A stretch of 64,000 nucleotides of DNA from Octopus sinensis (Eukaryota). The DNA lies in contig NC_043007.1 of the NCBI RefSeq assembly GCF_006345805.1, forward strand, positions 9,238,001 to 9,302,000, given 5' to 3'. The position numbers were made by a program, and so were the translations under genes. Shown here piece by piece: positions 12,034 through 25,214 of the stretch (positions are counted from its first letter, which is position 1; each line of letters opens with the position of its first letter). Under the pieces are notes generated by a model. That model made no database searches, had not been told where the DNA came from, and saw nothing but the letters and a program-made list of their open reading frames with translations.

Positions 12034-13405
12034 TTAGAAGAGACAGGAGTTTCTGAAGAAACTCTGGTCGTAACAGCTAAAATAAAACTGAATCGTTATG
12101 GGAAGGCCTCTCGCTCGGCAGTGGTTCAGTAAATATACATACTGACCACAGTTGATCAAGCTAATGCTACTATGAGAAGAAAGTGGATGACAGAAATTGA
12201 AGGTAGAAGAGATCACAAGGGAACTGGAAAAGAAAGACCAGGCTGTCGGAAAGACAAACAACCACATAAGAGATGCAGCTCAAACCAAAGAATATCTAAA
12301 GAAAAAGTAATAATAGCGCTACCAACAAGGAGGGAGCAACTGGCACAAACGACTTAAGTGATTTATGTAAGGAAGAACAGAATATTGTATATGACCTGCA
12401 GGAAGTAATAAGTATAGAAATTAGATAAATATTGCCAGCATTAAAAGGTACCAACAGAAGGAAACTGCTAGAAATGATTAGGGAATTTGCTAGTCATGAC
12501 TAGGAAAGTAGACTCAATAGGAAAGATATATATAAAATTATAGGTGACACTAACTTTTTGATCTATGATAGAGGGGTAGTATCCAGAAGATTAGATACCT
12601 CAGAGGGAAAGGTCATAAAGAAGTAAATGTGGAAAGGCAGACTACAAAATAGAGTGAAGGCTTTAGGGCAAGACCTGAGTAGAAAAGAAACCTGGAAACT
12701 GAAGAAGTTGGGAAACACACCATGCAAACCTTCCCCTGAGAAAAGATATTTAGTCAAAGAGAAAGGGTTTGGGACAGTAACAGAAAAGTTGAAACAGTGT
12801 ATTGTAGCAGTAGCAGGTGAGCTCTCCAGATATCAGAAAAGACTAGATCCGTATAAACAAAGTAGAGTATTTGAGACAGACCAGAGGAGACGTCGTTAAA
12901 ACCAAATATATAGGGGAGAACAAAGTACTGAAGATGAGAAACTTAATGCAGAAGAAGCGAGAAAGTTCTCAAGAAATATATTTGGGGATAAGCCAGTCAA
13001 TCTTAATGGAGATGCAGTATGGTTAAAGAAAGAAAGGGAAGAATGAGTGAGAAGCAATCAGCTCTAAGACTAAGTAGTGCATTAATGAGTAGTGTTAAGA
13101 AAAATGCAGAATTGGAAGGGCCTAGGACCAAATTTAGGTCAAGGGTACTGGCTAAAGAAATTTAGTAGTTTACAAGGGAGGCTAAAAGAACAACTTCAGG
13201 ATTGTCTTAGATGGATGAATAACACCAGATTTGATGACTAGAAGGAGGAAAATACTCATTATGAAAGATGAGAGTATAGGTAATACAGCTAGCAACTATA
13301 GACCAACCACTTGCTTACCATTTGTGTGAAAGCTGTTAACAAAAATGCTTTCAGAAAGCATTTAGAAGCACATTGACAACCAGAATTTACTGCCAGAAGG
13401 ACGGA
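12034..13405 (+). pseudogene. R4/Dong-clade LINE ORF remnants (pre-RT and RT domains 0-2)
   Basis: EKLKQCIVAVAGELSRYQKRLDPYKQSRVFETDQ..., NW.GP...GYWLK.F.SLQGRLKEQLQDCL, NTASNYRPTTCLPFVWK-like, NLLPE..KGC. Multiple stops and frameshifts; truncated by a mariner. Confidence 0.8.
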
Positions 13406-13645
13406 AAGGTTGCAATTTTTGTCTGGTTCCCAAAGCATCAAGTGCCTAAAATGAACTTTCTTATCTTCCATTTTAAAGGGTTACAGAAATAACACAGGTT
13501 ATAGGAACATGAACCTTCTTCCACGAAAAGATAGCTTGAACTGTGCTCTGAATGGAGGAGTAGTCAAATCCTATTTTATGGACTCAACCATGTTCTAAAA
13601 TAAATCGAAAGGTAAGCTACTATAAATAGGCACGAACTATTTATA
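13406..13645 (-). mobile_element. Second copy of the mariner deletion derivative (5' part)
   Basis: Reverse complement matches 10440-10670, including the junction CTTTGGGAACCAGACAAAAATTGC; encodes MEDKKVHFRHLMLW. Confidence 0.9.
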
Positions 13646-13699
13646 GATGTCTGATCGTGCATCCGACATACTGTTAAACAACAGTAATGTATTGGGAAA

Positions 13700-13897
13700 A
13701 GAACACAACTTTCTAGACTGATATGAATTCAATACATAAAGATAATGTCTCAAGAAATTATGGTTTATATTGAGAAATGAACACAAGATACTAGAGTGAT
13801 ATGAATTCAATACATAAATATAAGTCTCAAGAAATAATGGTTTATAGTGAGGGACTATCACGTAATATACTAGAATGATATGAATTCAATACATAAA
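13700..13897. repeat. ~78-bp minisatellite, ~2.4 units
   Basis: CTAGA.TGATATGAATTCAATACATAAA recurs near 13712, 13791 and 13869. Confidence 0.85.
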
Positions 13898-13929
13898 CGG
13901 CACGGCCATAATGAATCGAGAAATAATTA

Positions 13930-14100
13930 ATGACTTCAAATATTAGCACAAGGCCAGTAATTTCTGGGCGAGTAAGGATGTTTCGATTGTACTTATTTTA
14001 TTGACCCGGAAAAGATAAAAGGCAAAATCGACATTGGTGGCGTTTGAACTCAGAACGTGAAGTAGGACGAAATGTTACTAAGCATTTTGCTCGGCGTGTC
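13930..14100 (-). mobile_element. SINE family B (short variant), decayed
   Basis: GCACAAGGCCAGTAATTT tail, GACCCGGAAAAGATAAAAGGCAAAATCGAC, TTTGAACTCAGAACG. Confidence 0.75.
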
Positions 14101-14658
14101 TGCAGAAATAATTATTAAAATAAATAGATAATACCTATTTTATAGAGTTATTTCAGAAGAGAAAAATAAATAAATAAATAAATAAATAAATAAAATAAAA
14201 AAAATGAAATATACCACATTTATTTTTGTATGAATTTCGTTCGCATTATTCATGTATATTTATTTATTAACACCTTTCAATATTTTGAATAAATATTTAA
14301 AATGAAATTAATAATAAAATCAAATCACGTAAATAAACGAAATTTATCAAGCATTCATTGAATAAATATAAAACACTTAAACAAAAAAGTCTCGGATAAT
14401 TGTTAATTACATGGAGACATTTTATCTACAGACAGTTGATTTATTTCTTGTTAATTAGTTTCGTTCCCCACCACCACTACCACCACCACCACCACCACCG
14501 TTGCTATCTCTACGCCGCCTCTCACTATCTCTAACTACACCTCTCTTGCTATCTCTAGCTGGCCTTCTCTTACTATCTCTACCTACATCTCTCTTACTAT
14601 CTTCAGCTGCTCCCTCTCTGACTATTCTTCTCGTGCTATCTTTAACTCCTTCCCCCTT

Positions 14659-14691
<33 letters not shown>

Positions 14692-14996
14692 TTCTCTCAA
14701 TCTCTACGCCTCTCACTCGCTGTCGCTATATGACTTCTAGACAACATATATACACAGACAAGCAACATCGCATAAAACACGAACACTGACACGCACAACG
14801 CATATTCGCATACATAAACGCAAGTGGGTACGTACACGTATACTTGTGTGTGTATGTCCGTATATATGCCTTCATATATAATAAACACATCTTTCATTCC
14901 TTTACTTTCTTCTCTATATATAACCATATGTGTGCGTGTTGCGTATGCGCGCGTGTGTGTATATGCATGTATATATATATATATATACATGTATAC

Positions 14997-15055
<59 letters not shown>

Positions 15056-15099
15056 TGTATGTATACATATACGTATATATATGTATACATATATGCATA

Positions 15100-15139
<40 letters not shown>

Positions 15140-15205
15140 ACATATACATGTACATATACACACACAACCACACACACACATACACACACATATATATGTA
15201 TATAT

Positions 15206-15264
<59 letters not shown>

Positions 15265-16919
15265 TTGACACTATATTATATTGTCTATAGAATCCAACCA
15301 TATGTGAGGAAGAGATATGAACATCTGATAATACCGCTAGAAATAATTATACATTTTTCGAGAATTTAGAAACGACGAATAACAATAATAAAACTAGTAA
15401 TAAAAAAAATATAATGAATGTGACAGAAAACTAAGAAATCGAATCAAAAATTTACAAAAAGAAATAAAAACGTGATTTAAAATTAATAAAATATTTAAAG
15501 GAATCCCAATAAATCTTCGTTGTACGCTTTATGTTTTCCAACTAATCATGTTTTTGTAACTTAGATTGTGTCGCTTAGATTAAAAAGTGAAACAAGAAGC
15601 ATTATAATGGATCGAATGTATGTATATCAATCTATGTAACCGAAACACAACCGACTAGCTTTCAGAATTTAATTCATCCTCATGTAGCTACATATGTTTC
15701 CCGTCACGTCTTACCAACAATTTAGAGCTGAAATAAGGAATTTTTAGCTACTAATAAGTCAGCTTTATGGAGGCGGATAGCTTAGTTTTCAGAGTTTGGG
15801 ACTCCTTGTCGTAAGGTTGTTGCATTGATTACTGCACCGCGGGATGCGTTCTCTTCTTCAGTAAAATTCTTCGTCTTCCCTTTGCTCTAGACCTTTTAGC
15901 TGATGAGTAATCCTGCGATAGACCGGCGTCCCGTTCAGAGAGGAATATATAAACATCAGAGAAAGTGGAAATATACCGACAAATGTTAAATACAACAACA
16001 CAGGGCAACGGCGCATCTCCATATACGTAACTGACCTAAGCAACTATAAATTACTTATAGAATGTAACCTTTAAACTGTTTGCACCAACCATATTTGTTA
16101 TTTAGTTTTGTTTAATCAGAAAGAAAGACAGATAAGGAGTGAGGGCGGGAGTGTGAGTGAGAGAGAGAGAGAGACAGAGAGAGAGAGACAGAGAGAGAGA
16201 GAGACAGATGGAGCAATTTGGACATACCAAATATCTCGCCTTACTCTCTCTGATGAGCCATCTCTCTGAAGATGTAAAATACGAAAATAAAAGAGAAATA
16301 TTCTGTTGTGTCTGGGGAGAGACATTTTCTTTTTGTGCCTTATAATTTAACACAGTCAGCGGTAAAATTTCCACTTATTCCTTATTTTTAAATTATAAGG
16401 CACAAAAAGAATATGCTTCAACACACGAACTCACATAAGGAATCTTGCCAACCAAATCCAAAAACGCAATAAGAGAAATAAACAGACAGCTAGACAGATA
16501 GAAGACGTCTTTGATCTACCTCATATATATGCTACATCAATAGCCTCACAATATGGTAACGTAGCATTATATATGTGGGATATTGTATTTGTAATTGTAG
16601 TGATACTGATAGTTGTCTCACTCGCTGGAAATAGTAACTACTTCACCCCCAAAGCTCAGGTAACTTTCTTAAATGAATGATATATGGGTAATGGAATTTC
16701 GCATATACGTAAGATGGTACTGTTAAAACTATGACAAGTTTCTGCTGAGTAAAATCGTTTCTTTCTGATCTACATTTAAACTATTCCCATCGATTCACCA
16801 AGAAAAAACAGTAAAATCATTGGAAAGCAAAGAATATCTATCCAAAAGGGAGTTTTTCAACCCAGTATTTTATATAATAAGATTCTATGACTGTTTACAA
16901 TGAATGTTCTTCGAGAACA

Positions 16920-17390
16920 ATGCTGAGGAGAGCGTAACAATTGGGCAGGCGGTTTTGTTCGAATGCCTGACATTCAATTCCCCATGCGACTATTTTACAG
17001 CGAAATGGTGGAAACCAATTGTATGCAGGGTGTACAGAAAAAGCGTTTGAATGCCGCAATCAGAGCCTCACTGACGAGCTTTGAAATCAAACTCAACACA
17101 TGGGAAACACAAAAACAATCCCGCTCTGTTTGGCAAAGGCGCAGCAACAGTGGTCTTACAGTGGCCATACCTCTTACGAACCAAACAAGATTACAGGGGT
17201 ACAAAGTAAACACAAACTACGCGTGTTCAGAACCAACTCCTTGCCTTCAATCCCAACAGAATACCAGTGCCCTACATGTAGCAGAGCCTTCCAAGTAGAC
17301 ATCAGCTTCAATGGCTGGACCGAACGAGCCCCGTTTTCGCCCACGCGAAAACGTTGGTCATCGTCGAAAATGAAGGAAGCACTAATAGTA
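16920..17390 (+). mobile_element. RTE-clade LINE, 3' fragment
   Basis: MPDIQFPMRLFYSEM...GVQKKRLNAAIRASLTSFEI...WE (RTE MPD.RLPK.LFYGEL..G.QKKR motif), then YQCPTCSRAF and 3' GGTCATCGTCG tail. Confidence 0.85.
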
Positions 17391-17924
17391 AAAAAAAAAA
17401 AAGCAAGGCAATCAGAAATTAGATTATCCATTGTTTCTTGATACTCGTTCCAACATATTCGGAATTTTCTTTCTGTATTTCGTTGCAAAGTGCCTTTTTC
17501 AATATTTTTTCTCTCTAGTTTCTGGTCTGAGCATTTGATCCGATTGGAAGCTTTTCTATCTTTCCAGAGTGTCTAAGCAATCTACAGCCGATGTACAGCT
17601 ATTATTTTTGTCGGCTCCCAATTTATTAATACTTGAAAGTTAGATTTCATATTTCATACCCTGAGATATTTTCATTCATAAATAATGAATTAATTTTCTG
17701 TCGTTGAAGATAATCTCTCCACATTTGATGATTTTTTTTATTTTAGTCTAACGATATTTCCACCCAAAACATATAGCATTACAAATCGACAGAAATAAAT
17801 TAGCCAATAACTAATATTGTAGGTTGGCATCTAACTCTCTAGAAATATCAATCTAATTTCATTCTAATCCCAATCGACCGTCTGCAAAAAGACGGAAAAT
17901 TATAGAAACTGACATATTGATTTC

Positions 17925-18452
17925 AAATTTTGGCACAAATCTAGCAACTTAGAGGAGGGGATAAGTTGTTCAACTCGTGCTTATTTTATCGACCCCCGAA
18001 AGGATGAAAGGCAAAGTCGACCTTGGCGGGATTTGAACTTAGAATGTAAAGACGGATAAAATACCTATTTCTTTACTGCTCACAAGGAGCTAACACAGAG
18101 AGGAGAAACAAGGACAGACAAACGGATTAAGTCGATTATATCGACCTCAGTGCGTAACTGGTACATAATTTATCGACCCCGAAAGGATGAAAGGTAAAGT
18201 CGACCTCGGAGGAATTTGAGCTCAGAACGTAGCGGCAAACGAAATACCTATTTCTTTACTGCCCACAAGGAGCTAAACACAAAGAGGAGAAACAAGGACA
18301 GACAAACGGATTAAGTCGATTATATCGACCTCAGTGCGTAACTTGTAGTTAAGTTATCGACCAAGAAAGGATGAAAGGCAAAGTCGACCTCGGCGGAATT
18401 TGAACTCAGAACGTAACGGCAAGACGAAATATCGCTAAGCATTTCGCCCGGT
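17925..18452 (-). mobile_element. SINE family B concatemer (head + two ~180-bp units + partial unit + tail)
   Basis: Units repeat with the fixed junction ACGAAATAC|CTATTTCTTTACTGC. Confidence 0.9.
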
Positions 18453-19078
18453 CAGGTCACCACATAAAAAGGACACTCTAATGCTCCACATAGCCTAACG
18501 CTTTTATAATTAGCGATAACTTTTCTTCTTGGTGACTGCTGTGAAATTTGCCTTAGAAGTTGTAATATGTAACAAACATATTTGAACTAAACTAAAATTC
18601 GTTTATTCTCTCATCATTACTTGCCGCTGATACATTATATCTATTCCGACCTAGCGGTCCGCGAGCGAAATGCTGTTTTAAGACAAAGTTACGGCTTTAG
18701 AATACACACAAGTTTTCTTCCTTTGGTGTCTGTTACTGAGGAAGCTTTATTTGGCATCTGTTACTGGAAGTTCTCTAAGGAGTGTTATTGAACAGATATG
18801 GTGCTTTTAAATCTTTTAGCAAACGCAAGATATTTTCTCCACGGTGAGTTCTGTGAGCTTACCTTTAGAAGGAGAAATATATCATAAACAGTATATTAAC
18901 TCATCTAAATTTTATACACTCACTCACTCACTTACTCACACGCATGCATATACACACATACACGCTCACACACCGGTGTTGGTGTATTCAGAGGTCCCTG
19001 TGACCATGCGGTGTAGCAAAACTGATTAAGAATAAGGCTTTAAGGAATAAGTGCTCAAGCATGGATCCAGTCTAGCTT

Positions 19079-19129
<51 letters not shown>

Positions 19130-19130
<1 letters not shown>

Positions 19131-19312
19131 GATAGATCGTTAGCCACTACACAGATTTTTTTCTCTCCTTGTTTTTTTTATGTGTCCCTTTCTGTAGAAG
19201 AGCGTAGGCTCGAAACGTAAAAGACTTTTTCTATTCCTGAGCGTTATACTAATACATACGTTTGTTTTGTACACCACCTGTCTTCGTCTTTTGTGTTTTT
19301 CGTAAACTCTCC
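19130..19312 (+). mobile_element. Solo PLE terminal segment with hammerhead, between (TA)n arrays
   Basis: Homologous to 52148-52345 (minus). Carries cttt-CTGTAGA-A-GAGC gtag GCTC-GAAA-c-GTA-aaag at 19188-19223. Confidence 0.75.
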
Positions 19313-19856
19313 CTATATATATATATATATATTATATATATATATATATTATGACGGAGGTATTCCTCGTTGTTTCGATTCACCGACGATTTATAATCAG
19401 TGTTGCTTCCTCGTGATTTCTGGTAGTAGTATGAGAGAGAATGAGGATGAGAATCGAACTTCGAACAACATGCTTGTGAACCAAGTACTTTTTCAACGAA
19501 CAGCGATATTGATTCTACGGAGACATGCGCGCCAACATTGTATCGATATTCCACTTAATACACTTACACAACATTCTCGAATGACTAATATAAAGTTCAA
19601 GAAACAATTAGAGGTTGCTAAAATAATATTAGGCTGTTGAATAGATCGGATATTTGTCTGTGTCCGTTTTTATTGATGAAATTAAAGACTGAGCAATATT
19701 TTCAATCGCAGGAACATTATCGTTTCTTACTAGTCATTAAATTATTCACAGATAATAGTCATTATACAAAGGTAAGATAATTTCCATGACAAGTTTATGT
19801 AATATTAACACACGCCATGTACTTTGAGATATTAGTACACATATCATAAGCCCATT

Positions 19857-20170
19857 CTGTGTGGTAAGAATTTTGCTTCCAAACCACATTTTCCATGTTC
19901 GGTTCCACTGTGTAGCACCTTGGGCAGATGTCTCCTACAGCTATAGCCCCGAGCCGACTGAAGCCTTGTGAGCGGATTACATAGACGCAAACTGAAAGAA
20001 GGTCGAAGAATATGTGTGTCTGCCACCACCGTTTCACAAGCGATGTTGGTGTGTTTACGTCCGCGTAACTTAGCAGTTCGGCATTAGAAACCGATAGAAT
20101 AAATGCCAGGCTTAAAAGATAATTGGTGGATCGGTTCATTTGACTAAAAGTTCTTCAGAACGATGCCCAG
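19857..20170 (+). mobile_element. SINE family C, decayed
   Basis: TGTGGTAAG head, CACCTTGGGCAGATGTCT CORE-like box, AAGCCTTGTGAG, GATGTTGGTGTGTTTACGTCC. Confidence 0.75.
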
Positions 20171-21059
20171 GTATTCTAACACGTATCAGTAATTATTGTT
20201 TAAGATTTCGGTTAAGGTGTAAGTTGAACTCGTCACCTCGCGTACTACACTGGTATAATTCTATCAACCTCACAAGGTATTCTGCGGACATAAACAGCCG
20301 GTATAAATGGTGTTAAGCGTCTTGTCCTACGTGTTATGTGTGTGTGTGCGTGTTCAGACATGCGCAAAAGATTCATAAATTCATTCATACATACATACAC
20401 ACATACCTATATTCACACCTACATACATACATACATACACACATACATACATACATACATACACACATACATACATACATACACACATACATACATACAT
20501 ACATACATACACACATACATACATACATGTATTCACACATACATGCATACATACACGCTTACATAACGTGAAAAGTTACCTAGACAGATGCAAATGCTAT
20601 GGTTAAACGTAGTTTTTCCGAATTTAATTCTATTGAAAATGTTTTTAGAGCATTACATATTTAGATTAAACTTATCTCATTTTGCTATCTTTTCTATTCA
20701 AAGCAGATAAAACATCATACCACAGCGTATTCTTTTACATCTACTCATACGCCATTACGTAACTTATTTTCTTCCTCGTTCCTTCTTCTCTTCTGTCTGC
20801 CTTTCTGATTAAACTGAGCTAAATGACAAATATGATTGGTGCAAGAGTTTAAAGGGTATATCGTTATATCCATTGTACGACACCGTAGCGCCAGTTCACA
20901 TTGATGGTTCATGGTTGCTCGATTTTCCGAGTTAAGCCCTGTATGTTGTGTTCCCTTCACTGGAGATTTAGCAGTATTAAAATCTCGTGTATGTCGACCT
21001 CATGCCACGTGGTCATATCAGATGAGGAGATATCTCGTGACGATGGGGAATGACAGGAA

Positions 21060-21950
21060 CTTGACTCGGCTGTGGATGACTAAAAGTGATTTAAAACCGG
21101 AAACGGAAGCTCTAATCTATGCTGCCCAAGATCAAGCACTAACAACAAATTACAAAAAATATAGAATAGACAACACATCAGAAAGTGATAAGTGCAGAAT
21201 TTATGGACAAAATGGTGAAACCGTATGGCATATTACCAGTCAATATACGCCACTAGCCCAGAAGGAATATAAGAGACGCCACGACAATATAGCAAGACTT
21301 GTCCATTGGACACTTTGCAACAAGTATGGACTTGACAGAGAAAAAGAAAATTGGTACGACCACATACCCGAAGGCATCATCCAAACTGATAATGCGAAGA
21401 TCCCGAGGGATTTTATGATTAAGTGCGACCATGAGATAGAGAATAGGAAGCCAGACATAGTCTTAATTGAGAAAAAAAGCAAACTATGCTGGATCATAGA
21501 TATAGCATGCCCAGCTGACAACAAGGTATGCCATAAGGAAGAAAGAAAAGTCGATAGATACGACAGGTTAAATATAAAGACCTGCTAATAGAAATTGAAA
21601 AAATGTGGCATCTCATGGCGACTACAGTACTAGTGATTGTAGGATCTGTAGGAATGATAAAAAAAGGTACTGAAACCTATTTGAAAATGATTCCAGGCTT
21701 ACCCTCCCTACAGGAAGTGCAAAAAAATTGTATTAACTGGAACTGCTCATGTACAGAGAAGAGCATTATCGCTGTGAAAAACAACAACCATTCATGAATT
21801 TATTTATTTATTCATTTTTTTTAAAAATACATATTTTACCTGTGAATTTGTGAGTGTAATCTGGGAATGTATACAATGAGCTTCTCTGCCCTAGGTGTAT
21901 GGAAACCACCCGGCGAGAAACGGAAGAAAATTTGAAGAAAGAAAGAAAAA
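21060..21950 (+). mobile_element. R4/Dong-clade LINE 3' part: CCHC knuckle + restriction-like endonuclease + 3' UTR
   Basis: LKPETEALIYAAQDQAL...DKCR...ETVWHITS...YKRRHDNIARLVHW...RKPDIVLIEK...IIDIACP...EERKVDRY, then SLQEVQK.VLTGTAH. The 3' UTR abuts (TAA)n at 21952. Confidence 0.9.
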
Positions 21951-21952
21951 AC

Positions 21953-22010
<58 letters not shown>

Positions 22011-22257
22011 TAATAATATAATAATAATAATAATAATAACAACAATGATAATAATAAAGGTCCTGATCCAGTCCCATGCATGGCTCCCATGGCTTCTGAT
22101 TTTAACGGTGATGGGCTACTCGACATAGCAGTTTACAATGTTGCACACATACGGTTGAGGTGTATAAGCCATGTGTTCAGTCATCAGACGGGAAGTCATG
22201 ACGTGCGTGTGTTCATTACCTACAAATTGATGTGTGCGATCATGTGCATATAGGCAT

Positions 22258-22645
22258 GAAGTGGAGGCGCAATGGCCCAGTGGTTAGGGCAGCGGACTAG
22301 CGGTCTTAGGATCGCGGTTTCGATTCCCAGATCGGGCGTTTGTGAGTGTTTATTGAGCGAAAACACCTAAAGCTCCACGAGGCTCCGGCAGGGGGTGGTG
22401 GTGATCCCTGCTGTACTCTTTCACCACAACTTTCTCTCACTCTTACTTCCTGTTTCTGTTGTACCTGTATTTCAAGAGGCCGGCCTTGTCACTCTCTGTG
22501 TCACGCTGAATATCCCCGAGAACTACGTTAAGGGTGGACGTGTCTGTGGAGTGCTTAGCCACTTACACGTTAATTTCACGAGCAGGCTGTTCCGTTGATC
22601 GGATCAACCGGAACCCTCATCGTCGTAACCGACGGAGTGCTTCCA
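22258..22645 (+). mobile_element. SINE head D + tail 2, full length
   Basis: TGGCCCAGTGG A-box, GTTTCGATTCC B-box. 11-bp TSD CATATAGGCAT at 22247-22257 and 22646-22656. Confidence 0.9.
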
Positions 22646-22923
22646 CATATAGGCATTATTCCTAGTTAGATTGGAGTTTTTAAGCAGTTTATGCAGCTTT
22701 AACTATATGTTGAGAGAAAATATTACATTGCGAATTAGAATGCGAAAAATAAAGTTAAGATTAACTCTGTGGAGATTGAGATAAGACACCAACCAATTCT
22801 TAACTGTATAGTGAAACATCTCATCCTAGCTTACCTTCCATCAGTCTTACATCGTAAGTGTAATTATACTTTGTCACAGCCCGTTTCCTTCTTTTTGAAG
22901 TGTGTCTGGTTATGTATGTATAT

Positions 22924-23304
22924 TACTCTTTTACTCTTTTACTTGTTTCAGTCATTTGACTGTGGCCATGCTGGAGCACCACCTTTTTAGTCGAGAAAAT
23001 CGACCCCAGGACTTATTCTTTGTAAGCCTAGTACATATTCCATCGGTCGCTTTTGCCGAACCGCTATGTTACGGGGACGTAAACACACCACCATCGGTTG
23101 TCAAGCGATGTTGGGGGGACAAACACAGATACACAAATATGTACACATACATATATATATATATATAGGTAAACAGTAAAATTAATTACAGACATGGACA
23201 AGAACATGAAACACCACAGAGACGACACAAGAACCACAGGACGGGACATTCGAAGCCCTCAGTCATCAGTCAAGAACCAGATCATCTTAGCAATTTCGGC
23301 TGAT

Positions 23305-23362
<58 letters not shown>

Positions 23363-23523
23363 CGACGGGCTTCTTTCGGTTTCCGTCCACCAAATCCACT
23401 CACAAGGCTTTGGTCACCCCGAGGCTATAGTAGAAGACACTTGCCCAAGGTGCCACGCAGTGGGACTGAACGTGGAACCATGTTGTTTGTAAGCAAGCTA
23501 TTTACCACACAGCCACTCCTACG

Positions 23524-23525
<2 letters not shown>
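22924..23525 (-). mobile_element. SINE family C with a ~165-bp foreign insert in its internal microsatellite
   Basis: (GAGTAAAA)n tail, GGTGCTCCAGCATGGCCACAGTCAAATGACTGAAAC 3' end, CCTTGGGCAAGTGTCTT CORE-like box. Insert at 23165-23330. Confidence 0.9.
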
Positions 23526-23565
<40 letters not shown>

Positions 23566-23570
<5 letters not shown>

Positions 23571-23830
23571 AAAATAGTATAAAATCTTTCTAATATTTAA
23601 AAATTTTAAGAAAGGACAAAATCTATAATAAGTAATTAGCGTGAGAAACCTCATAAGGGAAAAATTTATTAATTATTCCCTTTAAATATATTTATTTATT
23701 TTAAGGGCATTACTATACATAAATGCCTCACGCTAGGAGGGACTCTTAAAATCAAAACTATCACAAAAAAGCACACATTTTGTACCGAACGCGAGGGAAT
23801 GCAACTCTCGAAGTGAGCCTTTTAAAAACA
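23566..23830 (+). repeat. (TA)n-anchored element, homologous to 37235-37345
   Basis: Shared AGTA.TTAGCGTGA.AA.CCTC.TAAG.GAAAAA.T...ATATTTATTTAT; followed by short hairpins. Confidence 0.6.
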
Positions 23831-23888
23831 GCTGAATCTCCCTCCTAGCCTGAGTCATTTATGTATAGTAATGCTCTTAATATAAAAT

Positions 23889-23940
<52 letters not shown>

Positions 23941-24035
23941 ATGTGTGTGTGTGTGTGTGTATTGGTGTGAGTGTGAGTGTATAAAATATAAAATATACAT
24001 ATATATATGTGTGTGTGTGTGTGTGAGTGTGCGTG

Positions 24036-24100
<65 letters not shown>

Positions 24101-24796
24101 AGTGCGCGTGTGTCTATAATTCTATTTTCTAGGTATCTTTCTAAATAAACATACACAAACATATATAAACTCACTCAAATATAAAAAAATATATTTTACA
24201 CAAATACACACATATACACGCACACACAAAAACATTGATATTCCTCCTTTTACACTGACACACATATACTCACACAGAGTTGAAGTGTTGTTTGATTTTT
24301 GCTTCACCGTTGACATTTCACCATCTCACATCTCCATCGTTGGGCACCCCTTTCTTTCCCATTCATATATTGCCACTGAGAAATACACAAGGTATTATTA
24401 TAGTAGATTATTATAGTAGAAGATACATGACGCTCGCTTTGTCATTTCCTCTCTCTCTGTCTCATTGCTGTTACTTTCTGTTACTCCCTCTGAGTCATGG
24501 CTATTACTCTCATTTCTTCAAGGAGATAGTATTTTCTCTCCTGTCCCTTCACCATTCACTCCTACTGCGTGATTTTGGACACTCCATCGAATAACACCGT
24601 TTAAAAGAACCTATGCTTGGAATGACCAATTATAAACACCATTGTAACTCATACACAAGGTACAGGAACATATATATATATACACCATTCTGCTTAAATA
24701 ATGGAACTTGAGTGAATGGGAACAATTAAGGACATCTCCAGTTCCAAAGTGGGAGCTCAATATTAGCTTTAACACGAGGAACAATATCATCTATTA

Positions 24797-25214
24797 TACT
24801 CTTTTACTCTTTACTCTTTTACTTGTTTCAGTCATTTGACTGCGGCCACGCTGGAGCACAGCCTTTAGTCGAGCAAATCGACCCCGGGACTTATTCTTTG
24901 TAAGCCCAGTACTTATTATATCCGTCTCTTTTGCCGAACCGCTATGTGACGGGGACGTAAACACACCAGCATCGGTTGTCAAGCAATGCTAGAGGGACAA
25001 ACACAGACACACAAACATATACACACACACTTATACATATATACATATATACGACAGGCTTCTTTCAGTTTCCGTCTACCAAATCCATTCACAAGGCATT
25101 GGTCGGCCCGGGGCTATAGCAGAAGACACTTGCCCAAGATGCCACACAGTGGGACGAAACCCGGAACCATGTGGTTGGTTAGCAAGCTACTTACCACACA
25201 GCCACTCCTGCGCC
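24797..25214 (-). mobile_element. SINE family C, full length
   Basis: Head GGAGTGGCTGTGTGGTAAG, CORE-like box, internal TA/GT tract and GAGTAAAA tail. Confidence 0.92.

Noticed and set aside
17925-18452. Regular repeats resembling a CRISPR array or integron cassettes (also 57434-57974)
   Set aside because: The units are contiguous ~180-bp SINE segments with no unique spacers or cas genes, in a eukaryotic context.
18820-18843. 24-nt plus micro-exon (TTTTAG|...|GTGAGT)
   Set aside because: Too short to distinguish from chance.
23240-23325. CTGATGA and GAAA in the SINE C insert; similar at 35585-35620
   Set aside because: The order and pairing do not give stems I-III; the 35.6-kb case is a simple GCACAAA hairpin.
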